From: Myxococcales bacterium
Lineage (GTDB): Bacteria > Myxococcota_A > Polyangia > Polyangiales > DASUME01
Direction: 5' to 3'
Length of the DNA stretch: 64,000 bases
Assembly (NCBI GenBank): GCA_047601445.1
Contig: JASGJH010000001.1
Coordinates: 8,992,001 to 9,056,000 of the forward strand
Below the pieces are notes generated by a model. The model had not been told where the DNA came from. It saw only the letters and a program-made list of their open reading frames with translations, and searched no databases. Positions within the stretch are counted from its first letter, which is position 1. Every line of letters begins with the position of its first letter. This document shows, in pieces, positions 31,099 to 40,968 of the stretch. The translations under genes and the position numbers were made by a program.

Positions 31099-32637
31099 AT
31101 GGCGGTTGCAAGGACCAGCACGAACGTGAAAGCCACCAAGCTCGAGGTGCGTAATCCCGCCACCGGAGAGGTGCTGGGTACGCTGCCCGTCCACGGCGCC
31201 GAGGACGTGTCGGCTGCGGTGCAGCGCGGGCGTCGCGCCTTCGAGGTGTGGGGCAGCTTGTCGTTCCGGGAGCGCCGCGCGCACCTCCTGGATTTCCGCC
31301 GCGAGATCGTGCGTCGCATGGGCGCCGTGATCGACACCATCCACAGTGAAAACGGCAAGCCGCGCAACGATGCCGCCAGCGAGGTGTTGTTGGCGGTGAC
31401 CCACCTGACCCACGCTGCCAACCGCGCCGAGCGCCTGCTCAGGAGCCGCAGCGTGTCGTCGGGGCTATTGGCCAACCACCGTGCCCGCGTGAGCTACGAG
31501 CCGCTCGGCGTGATCGGCGTGATCGGTCCGTGGAACTATCCGCTTTACACGCCCATGGGGTCCATCGCTTATGCGCTCGCCGCTGGCAACAGCGTGGTGT
31601 TCAAGCCGAGCGAGCTCACGCCGCTCACGGCACGCCTGCTGGCCGAGTGCGCCGAAGCGGCGATCCCCATTCCCGACGTGCTGCAGGTGATCACGGGCTT
31701 CGGGGAGACCGGAGCGCTGCTGGCCAAGTCCAAGGTCAACAAGCTGGCGTTCACCGGCTCGCCGGCCACCGGACGCCGTGTGATGGCGGCGGCCGCCGAG
31801 AACCTGACCCCCGTGCTGATGGAGCTTGGCGGCAAGGACGCGATGATCGTGGCGGCTGACGCGGATCTCGAGCGAGCTGCCAAGGGGGCAGTGTTCGGCG
31901 GGCTCGGAAACTCGGGGCAGGCCTGTGTGGCCATCGAGCGCGTCTATGTGATGCACAGCGTGTACGAGCCCTTCGTGAGCAAGGTGGTGGAGCAGGCTCA
32001 GCGGGTCACCGTGGGGACCGAGGACCGGGCTCACTACGGGGCCATGACCATGGAGCGCCAGATCGAGATCGTGCGCGACCAAGTGAAGGACGCCCTGGCC
32101 AAGGGCGCTCGCGCGGCGCTGGGTGGGCTCGACTCGTTCAAGGGGCGTTTCATCGACCCCATCGTGCTCACCGACGTCACGCCGGAAATGAAGGTGATGA
32201 CCGAGGAGACCTTCGGACCGGTGCTTCCCATCGTCAAGGTCTCCAGCGTCGACGAAGCCGTGCGGCTCGCCAATGCCACGTCCTACGGGCTGGGCTCGGC
32301 GGTCTACGGCAAGCACGATGTCGAGCGCATCGCGGATCGACTGCGGGCGGGCATGACCTCCATCAACTCGGTCCTGGCGTTCGCCGGCATCACCAACCTG
32401 CCGTTCGGTGGCGTGGGTGATTCTGGTTTCGGGCGTATCCACGGGGACGAAGGGCTCCTCGAATTCGTGCGGGTCAAGTCCACCAACCAGGAGCTATTCC
32501 AGGTGCCGGGCCTGACCATGGTGTTCCAGGAGCCGGAGGAGCAGCTGGCCCAGACGCAGAAGATGATCAAGGCGCTCTACGGTGGGAGCCTGCTCGACGA
32601 CGCGACGGGCCTGCTTCAGCGCATCACCAAGCGTTGA
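31099..32637 (+). CDS. Aldehyde dehydrogenase
   Basis: IGPWNYP, FTGSPATG, MELGGKD, GQACVA, EETFGP, PFGG. Confidence 0.96.
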   Translation: MAVARTSTNVKATKLEVRNPATGEVLGTLPVHGAEDVSAAVQRGRRAFEVWGSLSFRERRAHLLDFRREIVRRMGAVIDTIHSENGKPRNDAASEVLLAVTHLTHAANRAERLLRSRSVSSGLLANHRARVSYEPLGVIGVIGPWNYPLYTPMGSIAYALAAGNSVVFKPSELTPLTARLLAECAEAAIPIPDVLQVITGFGETGALLAKSKVNKLAFTGSPATGRRVMAAAAENLTPVLMELGGKDAMIVAADADLERAAKGAVFGGLGNSGQACVAIERVYVMHSVYEPFVSKVVEQAQRVTVGTEDRAHYGAMTMERQIEIVRDQVKDALAKGARAALGGLDSFKGRFIDPIVLTDVTPEMKVMTEETFGPVLPIVKVSSVDEAVRLANATSYGLGSAVYGKHDVERIADRLRAGMTSINSVLAFAGITNLPFGGVGDSGFGRIHGDEGLLEFVRVKSTNQELFQVPGLTMVFQEPEEQLAQTQKMIKALYGGSLLDDATGLLQRITKR

Positions 32638-32676
32638 GGCCTGGTGCGCCTTGCGTGAATGCGTTAGCGTCGCGCC

Positions 32677-33858
32677 ATGGATCTCTCGTTTTCGGCCGAA
32701 GAAGAGGCGTTTCGTGACGAGGTGCGCAGCTTCCTCGACGAGGCCATGCCGCCCGAAATCGCGCTCAAGGCTGAGCGCGGCGAATACTTTCACCATGACG
32801 AGATCATGGCCTGGCACAAGCTGCTCTTCGCCAAGGGCTGGGTCGCCCCGCATTGGCCGAAGGCGTTCGGGGGCGCCGAGTTCGACGCCACCAGGCGCTT
32901 CATCCTGGCGGAGGAGCAGGCCCTGAAGGGCTCGCCGCCGCTATCTCCGTTCGGGTTGTCCATGGTGGGCCCCTTGATCATGCGCTTCGGTACGCCCGAG
33001 CAGCAGGCTCGCCATCTGCCCGGCATCCTCAGCGGGGAGGTCGCCTGGTGTCAGGGATACTCCGAGCCCAACGCCGGTAGCGATTTGGCATCGCTGCGAA
33101 CCACGGCCATCGACGAGGGCGATCACTTCGTGGTCAACGGACAGAAGACGTGGACCACCTATGGGCAGTACGCAGATTGGATCTTCTGCCTCGTGCGCAC
33201 CGATGCGACCGCCAAGAAACAGGCTGGCATCAGCTTTCTGCTGATCGACATGAAGAGCGAAGGCGTGGAGGCCAAGCCCATGCTCACCCTGGGAGGCACA
33301 CCGGCTTTTTGCGAGACCTTTTTCGAGAACGTGAAGGTGCCCAAGGAGAACCTGCTGGGCCCACTCAACGGTGGGTGGACGCTCGCCAAGGCACTGCTCG
33401 GGCACGAGCGCACGTTGATTGGCTCGGTGGCCCCGGTGCTGCGTGGGCTCAAGCGCTTGAAGACCATCGCCCGGGACACCTCGCGGGACAGCCTGCCACT
33501 GTTCGATGACCCGGTGCTGCGCACCAAGATCGCGCGCCTCGAGCTGCGCGCGCAGGCGCACCAAATGGCGAACTTTCGGGCGCTCGCGGACCAGGCCGCG
33601 GGCAAGCACCCGGGGCCCGAGACGTCCATCTTGAAGATCGTGGCGACCACGCTGCAGCAGGAAGTCGACGAGCTCACGATGGAGGTCATGGGCCACAACT
33701 CGCTCAACTGGCAGAGCAACCCGGAGGGCGTGGTGTCGCCCCTCGAGGCCTGGGTGGGCTCGGGCTTCTGTTACAACCGCGCCGTCACCATCTACGGCGG
33801 ATCCAACGAAATTCAGCGCAACATCATCGCCAAGGCCATCCTCGGCCTGCCGAGTTGA
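32677..33858 (+). CDS. Acyl-CoA dehydrogenase (PimC-like subunit)
   Basis: WCQGYSEPNAGSDLASL, NGQKTWT, TIYGGSNEIQRNII. Confidence 0.95.
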   Translation: MDLSFSAEEEAFRDEVRSFLDEAMPPEIALKAERGEYFHHDEIMAWHKLLFAKGWVAPHWPKAFGGAEFDATRRFILAEEQALKGSPPLSPFGLSMVGPLIMRFGTPEQQARHLPGILSGEVAWCQGYSEPNAGSDLASLRTTAIDEGDHFVVNGQKTWTTYGQYADWIFCLVRTDATAKKQAGISFLLIDMKSEGVEAKPMLTLGGTPAFCETFFENVKVPKENLLGPLNGGWTLAKALLGHERTLIGSVAPVLRGLKRLKTIARDTSRDSLPLFDDPVLRTKIARLELRAQAHQMANFRALADQAAGKHPGPETSILKIVATTLQQEVDELTMEVMGHNSLNWQSNPEGVVSPLEAWVGSGFCYNRAVTIYGGSNEIQRNIIAKAILGLPS

Positions 33859-33870
33859 GGAACATCCGTC

Positions 33871-34995
33871 ATGGACTTCGAGTTTTCTGAGGACCAACAG
33901 CTGTTGGCCAAGACGGCCGCCGACTTCGTGAGCAAGCGATCTCCCGTCTCCCGCGCGCGCAAGCTGCGTGAGGACGCCACCGGCTACGAGATGTCGGTCT
34001 GGCGCGAGATGGCGGAGCTAGGCTGGCTATCGATTCCCTTTTCGGAACAGCTGGGAGGCATCGGCGGCAGCTTCGTCGATCTCGCACTGATCCTCGAGCA
34101 CCTGGGGCGTGAGCTGGTCCCGGAACCCTTCGTGCCCTCGGTGGTGCTGGCGGGGACCGTACTCGCACAAGGAGGGTCGATGGAGCAGCAGGAGCGCTTC
34201 CTCAAGCCCATGCTGGCCGGTGAGACCACGCTGGCGCTGGCCTACGCCGAGCGCGATCTGCGCTTCGACCTGGAGACCGTCAATACCGTCGCCACCAAGC
34301 AGAATGGGAGCTTCGTGCTGAGCGGCGAAAAGGTGTGGGTGCAGAACGGCCACGCCGCCCATCACATCGTGGTCAGCGCCGCGCACGACGGCTGGCTGCA
34401 GCTGTTCGTGGTCGATCGGGACACGCCCGGCCTCTCGATTCAGCGCGTGGACACCATCGATGGTCGCAGAGCTGCCGTGCTGCAGTTCGACGACGTAAAG
34501 GTCGCGAGCGACCGCCTGCTGGCGCAGAAGCCGGGCACCGAGTTGCTCGATTTGGCGCTCGACTACGGGGCCGCTGCGGCGGTGGCCGAGGGGGTAGGGC
34601 TCACGCAGCGCGTGCTCGACCTCACCATCGACTACCTCAAGACCCGCGAACAGTTCGACGTGAAGATCGGCGCCTTCCAGGCTTTGCAGCACCGCGCGGT
34701 CGACATGTTCATCGAAGCGCAGCTGATTCGCTCCATCGCCTTCAAGAGCAGCGTGTTGGTGGATCAGGCGGATCCCGGCGAGCGCCGCGCGGCCGTGAGC
34801 GCCGCCAAGGTTCAGCTCTCGGTGGGCGGTAAGTACGTCACGCGCCAGGCCATCCAGCTCCACGGCGGCATCGGCTGTACGGACGAGCATGACATCGGCC
34901 TGTATTTCAAGCGCATGCACGTGCTCAACACGCTCTACGGCGACGAGGAGCACCACGTGGAGCGCTACGCGAGCTCGGCCGACTTCAATCGCTGA
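33871..34995 (+). CDS. Acyl-CoA dehydrogenase (PimD-like subunit)
   Basis: REQFDVKIGAFQALQHR, IQLHGGIG. Confidence 0.93.
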   Translation: MDFEFSEDQQLLAKTAADFVSKRSPVSRARKLREDATGYEMSVWREMAELGWLSIPFSEQLGGIGGSFVDLALILEHLGRELVPEPFVPSVVLAGTVLAQGGSMEQQERFLKPMLAGETTLALAYAERDLRFDLETVNTVATKQNGSFVLSGEKVWVQNGHAAHHIVVSAAHDGWLQLFVVDRDTPGLSIQRVDTIDGRRAAVLQFDDVKVASDRLLAQKPGTELLDLALDYGAAAAVAEGVGLTQRVLDLTIDYLKTREQFDVKIGAFQALQHRAVDMFIEAQLIRSIAFKSSVLVDQADPGERRAAVSAAKVQLSVGGKYVTRQAIQLHGGIGCTDEHDIGLYFKRMHVLNTLYGDEEHHVERYASSADFNR

Positions 34996-35001
34996 CGAGT
35001 A

Positions 35002-36747
35002 CTAGGTGCGCTCGAGCAGCCAGTCGCCCAACACCAGCGCATCGAGCGGGCTGTCGACGAAGCGAGCCAGGGCTTCCGACGGTGTCGTCACCAGCACGTC
35101 GTTTTGGCTCAGGCCGGCCACCAAAAGCATGGGGATGCCACTGCGCGTCTGAAGCAAGGTCAAGAGCTCGAACAGGGTCGAGCTGCTCTCGCGCTCCACC
35201 GTGTGCACTCGGCCTGTGCCGTCGGCGCGTGCCGCGCCCGGGACCAACGGCAGCTTCTCGGGCCGCAGCGGGAACACCTTGTTCATGAAGGGCACGTCGT
35301 CGTGGAGCGCGTACCAGTCCTTGGCGTGGTCGCGTCGGATCGACGTTCCGAGACTCGCCACGGCGGGATCGATGGCGAGCGCCCTCGCAAGGGCCTCCCG
35401 GGCCTCCGGGCGCCGCGGATCCGCCAACACGACGCGATGCCCGAGCGGCTGGAAACCCCATTCCGCACGTCCCTCGCAGAGGGCCACGAGCTTGCCGCGC
35501 TCCAGCAACTCCACCACGGCGCGCGTTCGCTCCGCAGGGCGCTCGGGACGTTGAAGGCGCACACGCGCCGCTTCGAGCTCGGAACGACGATTCGCGAGCA
35601 GGGATGCCACTTCGTCCGCCTCGAAGTCGGGCCCGAGGTAGGCGTGTGCCAGCGGTCCGTGGTGCTTGGCTCCGCGCTCCTGAAAGGTCGCAAAGAGGGC
35701 TGCTCCCACTGCGCCGGCGGCGTCGCCGGCTGCGGGCGGGACGTAGGCGCGCTTGAAGGGCGTGTTGAGCGTGATCTTGCCGTTCGCGACGGCGTTGAAC
35801 GCGCAGCTGCCGGCCAACACCAGGTGCAGCGAGGGGCGCTTGCGGTGAATGGCGTGCAGCAAGTGAAAGAAGGCGCGCTCGTACATGGCTTGCACGGAGC
35901 GCGCGATGTCGAGGTGACGCGGCTCGATGGAGGCTCCGGGAGCGCGCGCAGGTCCGAGCAGATCCTCGAGGGCCGCCGTGTAGCCTGGCCCAAGCGTGGC
36001 GTCTGCACCGTGCACCTCCTGCGAGCTCGCCCAGCTGGGCTGTCGCAGGAAGCGAAAATCGAGTTCGAATCCGCCGTCGCCCCTGAGGCACACGACCTTC
36101 GCCAAGGACTCCACCTGGGTGGGCTTGCCCCGAGCCGACAGCTCCATGACCCGCTCCTCGTGGCCGCGCGCGAATCCCAGGTACTGGGTCATGGCCTCGT
36201 AGAAGAGGGCGAGCGAGTGAGGGAAGTGCAACCGCCCGTCGATCTCGAGCTGATTCTGATGTGCGTAGCACCAGGCTGCGCTGGCGAAGTCTCGCAATCC
36301 GCCGAGCGAAAGCCCCACCGCCTCCTGCCAGGGAGACGTGTAGTAGGCCGCGGCGAGCTGGGCCACGTGGTGCTCCACGAAGGCGATGCGTCCACCGAAG
36401 CGCTCCTCCGGGAACGCCTGCGCGAGCGAGTCCTCGAGCGAGTGGGGCTGAAGTCGGTTGCGAAGCTGCTGCATGACGACGCCCAGGTTGGGCCGGGTCT
36501 GCACCATCTGGGTCAAACGTTCGAGGTCGTTCGCGCGGGGGTCCTCGCTGACCGCCACGACGTGCACGTCGGCCAGGCGCAGCTTGGCTTCGGCCAAGCA
36601 AAAGCGAATCGCGTGGGCGGGGAAGCCGGACCAGTGCGCCGCGCGACGAAAGCGCTCCTCCTGGGCCGCGGCGAGCAACTTGCCGTCTACCACGATGCTG
36701 GCAGCCGCGTCGCCGTGGTTGGCATGGACCCCCAGAATGACGCTCAC
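35002..36747 (-). CDS. Carbamoyltransferase (NodU/CmcH/TobZ family) homolog with degenerate active-site motifs
   Basis: ILGVHANHGDAAA, QEERFRR, VEHH, PHSLALFY, NAVANGKI, PPAAGDAAG, DGTGRVHTV; GGGAGG SD before GTG. Confidence 0.85.
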   Translation of the reverse strand: MSVILGVHANHGDAAASIVVDGKLLAAAQEERFRRAAHWSGFPAHAIRFCLAEAKLRLADVHVVAVSEDPRANDLERLTQMVQTRPNLGVVMQQLRNRLQPHSLEDSLAQAFPEERFGGRIAFVEHHVAQLAAAYYTSPWQEAVGLSLGGLRDFASAAWCYAHQNQLEIDGRLHFPHSLALFYEAMTQYLGFARGHEERVMELSARGKPTQVESLAKVVCLRGDGGFELDFRFLRQPSWASSQEVHGADATLGPGYTAALEDLLGPARAPGASIEPRHLDIARSVQAMYERAFFHLLHAIHRKRPSLHLVLAGSCAFNAVANGKITLNTPFKRAYVPPAAGDAAGAVGAALFATFQERGAKHHGPLAHAYLGPDFEADEVASLLANRRSELEAARVRLQRPERPAERTRAVVELLERGKLVALCEGRAEWGFQPLGHRVVLADPRRPEAREALARALAIDPAVASLGTSIRRDHAKDWYALHDDVPFMNKVFPLRPEKLPLVPGAARADGTGRVHTVERESSSTLFELLTLLQTRSGIPMLLVAGLSQNDVLVTTPSEALARFVDSPLDALVLGDWLLERT

Positions 36748-36923
36748 ACAGCCTCCCGTCGAAGCGCGCCCGCGGGCGCGCAAGCGAAGATACGTGTGTC
36801 CCCACCAGGGACCACGTCGCCGCGAGGAGCGTAGCTGCTTCGCCCCCGACGGCACGTAGTGTTCCTCAGTATTTGCCAGTCTTCTCTTGACCGAATAGCC
36901 GGTTCGGCCCACAGGTAGAGATA

Positions 36924-37047
36924 CCCGCGGCGGGGGTTTCCGCTGCTGGGCAACCAGGCGACTCTGGTTGTGGGCTCGCGACGCCAGGTAGGCGCGCGCG
37001 CTTCGGCTGGGTCGCTGTCAGCGCGAGGACGGGGGTATCCGTCCCGC
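36924..37047 (+). promoter_or_regulatory. Structured thrS leader with two CGGGGGTWTCCG hairpins (candidate ThrRS operator)
   Basis: Hairpins at 36924-36950 and 37023-37047 share a core and a GGU-containing loop; the second ends 3 nt before the GGAG SD. Confidence 0.55.
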
Positions 37048-37064
37048 AACGGAGCAACGACAAT

Positions 37065-39035
37065 ATGATTAGCGTGAAACTCCCGGACGGAGGCGTCCGC
37101 GAGCTTGCCGAAGGTGCAAGCTCTTTCGACCTGGCCTCTGCAATCGGACCCGGACTCGCCAAGGCCTCCGTAGCCGCCAAGGTGAACGGCGAAGTGGTGG
37201 ACTTGAATCGCCCGTTGCCCAACGGCGCCGAGGTTCAGCTCCTCACCAAGCGCGACGCCGACGCGCTCGAGGTGCTGCGGCACTCGGCCGCGCACTTGAT
37301 GGCCGACGCCATCCTGCGCGTGTTCCCCAAGGCCCAGCTCACCATCGGCCCCGCCGTCGAGGACGGCTTCTACTACGACATCTTCCTGCCCGAAGGGAAG
37401 ATCACGCCCGACGACTTCCCCAAGATCGAGGAAGAGATGGCGCGCATCGCCGACAAGGCCGCGCCCTTCGTGCGCTGCGTGTCGAACTACGACGAGGCGA
37501 ACGAGCACTTCGCGCGCTACCAGGCCATCGATGGCGGCCACAACAAGTTCAAGCAGGAGATCGTCAGCGACATCAAGGCGCGCGGGGACGAACTCACCTT
37601 CTACAAGCACGGCGACTTCATCGACCTCTGTCGCGGCCCGCACGTGCCGAACACGGGGTGGCTCAAGCACGTGAAGCTCACCAAGCTCGGCGGCAGCTAC
37701 TGGCGTGCCGACGCCAACCGCGAGCAGCTCGTGCGCGTCTACGGCACGGCCTTCTTCGACAAGCAGGAGCTCAAGGACTACCTGCACATGCTCGAAGAGG
37801 CCAAGAAGCGTGACCACCGTGTGCTCGGCGAGAAGCTCGACTTGTTCAGCTTCCACGAGGAGGCCCCCGGCTTCCCCTTCTTCCACGAGAAGGGCGCCAC
37901 GCTCTTCAATCTGCTCCAGAGCTACATGCGCGGCTTGATCCGGCGCGCCGGCTACCATGAGGTCAAGACGCCTCTGGTGATGAGCGAGGAGCTCTGGCAC
38001 ACGTCCGGTCACTACGACAACTATCTCGAGAACATGTTCTTCACGAAGCTCAAGCTGCGTGATCCGAACCAGCCCGAGAACGTGCGCGACAACGTGATCG
38101 AAGAGCGCCCGATGGCGGTCAAGCCCATGAACTGTCCGGGCCACTGCATCGTGTACCGCACGCGCTTGCACTCGCACAACGAGTTCCCGTTGCGCATCGC
38201 CGAGATGGGCCTGGTCCACCGGCGTGAGCTGAGCGGCGTGCGTCACGGTTTGTTCCGCGTCCAGGCGTTCACCCAGGACGACGCTCACCACTTCTGCCGG
38301 CCCGATCAGATCGAGAGCGAGATCTCGATGTTGATCGACTTCTTCAAGGAGCTCTACACCACGTTCGATCTCAACGACGTGCGGCTCGAGCTGAGCACGC
38401 GGCCTGCCAAGAGCATCGGCTCCGACGAGATGTGGGAGACGGCCGAGGGCGCGCTCAAGCGGGCTCTCGATTCGAAGGGGGTCGCGTACCAGCTCAACCC
38501 CGGCGACGGCGCGTTCTACGGCCCCAAGATCGACTTCCACATCCGCGACGTGCTGAAGCGCTCCTGGCAGTGCGGCACGATCCAGCTCGATTTCTCCATG
38601 CCGGCTCGCTTCGGCCTCACCTACGTGGGCGCCGACGGTCAGCGTCACACGCCCGTCATGCTCCACCGCGCCGGCTTCGGTAGCATCGAGCGCTTCCTGG
38701 GCATCATCATCGAGAACTACGCGGGCGCCTTCCCGCTCTGGTTGTCGCCGGTGCAGGCCATCGTCATCCCCATCAGCGAGAAGTTCGCGGACTATGCCAA
38801 CGAGATCAACGGCAAGCTGCTCGACCTCGGGCTGCGCAGCCAGGTGAACCTCAGCGACGACCGCGTGGGCTACAAGATCCGTGAGGCGAGCCTGCAGAAG
38901 CTGCCCTACGCCATCGTGGTCGGTGAGAAGGAGCTCGAGAATCGCACGGTGAACGTGCGCTCGCGCGACAAGGGCGAGCTCGGTGAGATGGCCCTGGACG
39001 CCTTCGTGGGCTCGCTCGAGGCCTGGAAGAAATGA
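37065..39035 (+). CDS. thrS: Threonine--tRNA ligase
   Basis: TGS domain, RHSAAHLMA, DLCRGPH, RDHR, KPMNCPGH, GAFYGPKID, WQCGTIQLDF, HRAGFGSIERF. Confidence 0.99.
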   Translation: MISVKLPDGGVRELAEGASSFDLASAIGPGLAKASVAAKVNGEVVDLNRPLPNGAEVQLLTKRDADALEVLRHSAAHLMADAILRVFPKAQLTIGPAVEDGFYYDIFLPEGKITPDDFPKIEEEMARIADKAAPFVRCVSNYDEANEHFARYQAIDGGHNKFKQEIVSDIKARGDELTFYKHGDFIDLCRGPHVPNTGWLKHVKLTKLGGSYWRADANREQLVRVYGTAFFDKQELKDYLHMLEEAKKRDHRVLGEKLDLFSFHEEAPGFPFFHEKGATLFNLLQSYMRGLIRRAGYHEVKTPLVMSEELWHTSGHYDNYLENMFFTKLKLRDPNQPENVRDNVIEERPMAVKPMNCPGHCIVYRTRLHSHNEFPLRIAEMGLVHRRELSGVRHGLFRVQAFTQDDAHHFCRPDQIESEISMLIDFFKELYTTFDLNDVRLELSTRPAKSIGSDEMWETAEGALKRALDSKGVAYQLNPGDGAFYGPKIDFHIRDVLKRSWQCGTIQLDFSMPARFGLTYVGADGQRHTPVMLHRAGFGSIERFLGIIIENYAGAFPLWLSPVQAIVIPISEKFADYANEINGKLLDLGLRSQVNLSDDRVGYKIREASLQKLPYAIVVGEKELENRTVNVRSRDKGELGEMALDAFVGSLEAWKK

Positions 39036-39367
39036 GTACGCTGGACGATCCGCGTTTCACGCCAGTGGAGCTTCGCGCCCCGCATGGGTCCACGTTCGTG
39101 GAGATCGTGTGGGCCGACGGCAAGGTCACGCACTACGAGAACGACGTGTTGCGCGGCTTTTGCCCGTCGGCGCTGTGGCAGGGCCACCAGGGGCCGCTGC
39201 GCTACATCCCCGGCGGCCAGACCGAGCTACTCGAAATCGAGGAGGTCGGAAGCTACGGCCTCAAGATGAACTGGCCCGACAACAACACGGGCATCTACAC
39301 GTACCGCTTCCTGCGTCAGCTCGGCGAAGTCGAGGGCGATCCTCGCAACATCGAGTTCGGGCGTTAG
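39032..39367 (+). CDS. DUF971 / gamma-butyrobetaine hydroxylase N-terminal-like protein
   Basis: IVWADG..LRGFCP...VGSYGL..W.D..TGIYTY..LR; ATGA overlap with thrS. Confidence 0.85.
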   Translation: MSTLDDPRFTPVELRAPHGSTFVEIVWADGKVTHYENDVLRGFCPSALWQGHQGPLRYIPGGQTELLEIEEVGSYGLKMNWPDNNTGIYTYRFLRQLGEVEGDPRNIEFGR

Positions 39368-39408
39368 GGACAACCGGACAACCCCTAGCTAGGGCGCGCG
39401 CGGCGGAA

Positions 39409-40968
39409 TCATCGAGGGGGGGTGGCGTCGAATTCCTCCGCCTCTCGATGCCGCTGCGTTTGGTGCAGCATCTTGGCGAGGTTTTTTCGCATCTTGGGAT
39501 TGTCCGGAAAACGGGCGAGCCCATCCCGTAGGACCTGCTCTGCCTCCGCGAGCTGTCCTCGTCGTGCGAGCAAGCGAGCCAGATTGTTGGACGCCGATGG
39601 CAAGCGCGGATCGAGCGCGAGGGTCCCACGTCTGACCGCCTCTCGATAGGCGAGGATGGCCTCCGCGTCCTTGCCCTCGAGCTCCAGGGCTTGACCGAGT
39701 TGGTAGGGCGCGATGGTGTCCACGGTGGTCTTTTGCATGCCGTCGGCGAACAGCAGCATGTTGTCCGTGAAGAGCAGGACGCGCGAGAGAGTCGCGTTCG
39801 CAACGAGTAGCAGCACGACGCCGGCCAGCAGCTTCGGCCAGGCAGAGCTGCGACGCGCGAGCGCACCCTCGAGGAGCCAGCCGAACACGATGCAAGGGGC
39901 CATCACCGAAAGCCACAGATAGCGGTCGGCCATGCGGTTCTGCAGCGGCACCAACACCTGGCTCACCGGCAGTAGCGGCGCGAAGAACCACAACACCAGG
40001 AAAGCAGGGGCCCGCCTGCCACGTTTCATTGCAACGACCGCATAGGCGATGGAGCCCACCACGGCGGCCATCCCGAGCACCGCCGGCAGGTCCCACGTGC
40101 TGCGCACCGGCACGTCGTGCGTGATGCTCAGTGTCCAGGGAGCCAGGCTCGCCATCAGGTAGCGAAGCCAGACCGGCCCCATGCTGATCAACGCGTGATA
40201 GCGTGAGCCGCCGAGGGGCTCCGCGACCATGCCCACCACGCGCCCGACGTACACGTGGGCGGCCATGGTCGCGACCACGCCCGCGCAGCAACCGAGATAG
40301 AGGGCCCTGTTGAGGCGCCTACGTAGCCACAGGTCCTGCGCCAGGAGCAGCCCCAATACCGCCACACTCATCGACTTCGCGAGACTCGCGGCCACCACCA
40401 AAAGCGGCACCAACCACGTCCGGTGACGCTGCTCTCCTGCGTGCACGTAGAGCGCGGCGCCCACGAAGATCAGAGCGAGCACGTCCTTCTGCCCAGCGAG
40501 CCATGCCACGGACTCCGCGTGAACCGGGTGCAGCGCGAACAGCAGGGCGCTGAACTCGGTCCCCAGTCCAGCGCCGAGGCAACGCAGGAGCGCGCCGCGG
40601 AAGAAGAGCGCGGCCGCCAGGTAGAGCAGCACGCTGGTCGCATGCAGGCCGGGTGCCCACAGGCCGAAGGTGCGCGTCTCCAGCCAGGCGAGCACGTCGC
40701 GTAGGGGTAGATACTCGGCTCCCAAGACGAGGCGTGTCTCGCGCGAGAAGTCGCTGAAGGCCAGGAGCGGCGTGCGCACGGCGTCGGGCGCCAGCAGCGG
40801 ATTGTTTTGGTAGAGCCAGCCGTCATCGTAGATGAGAAAGCCGCCGAAGACGCTGGGGCCGTAGGTGAGCAACACCAAGACGACGAGCACCACGGCTCCG
40901 AGGCCCGTTGAGAAGCGTGCGGTGACGGCTCGTGCCGACGTGGCGTCGGAGCGCTGCTCGGTCATCAA
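39409..40968 (-). CDS. Multi-pass membrane protein with C-terminal TPRs (TMTC-like, GT-C glycosyltransferase-like)
   Basis: FLIYDDG, LFALHPVHAESVAW...KDVL, MADRYL, TPR tail. Confidence 0.85.
   Translation of the reverse strand: MMTEQRSDATSARAVTARFSTGLGAVVLVVLVLLTYGPSVFGGFLIYDDGWLYQNNPLLAPDAVRTPLLAFSDFSRETRLVLGAEYLPLRDVLAWLETRTFGLWAPGLHATSVLLYLAAALFFRGALLRCLGAGLGTEFSALLFALHPVHAESVAWLAGQKDVLALIFVGAALYVHAGEQRHRTWLVPLLVVAASLAKSMSVAVLGLLLAQDLWLRRRLNRALYLGCCAGVVATMAAHVYVGRVVGMVAEPLGGSRYHALISMGPVWLRYLMASLAPWTLSITHDVPVRSTWDLPAVLGMAAVVGSIAYAVVAMKRGRRAPAFLVLWFFAPLLPVSQVLVPLQNRMADRYLWLSVMAPCIVFGWLLEGALARRSSAWPKLLAGVVLLLVANATLSRVLLFTDNMLLFADGMQKTTVDTIAPYQLGQALELEGKDAEAILAYREAVRRGTLALDPRLPSASNNLARLLARRGQLAEAEQVLRDGLARFPDNPKMRKNLAKMLHQTQRHREAEEFDATPPR

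Noticed and set aside
36880..37064. T-box riboswitch upstream of thrS
   Set aside because: An AGAGA is present, but there is no GGTGGNACC T-box motif or terminator/antiterminator
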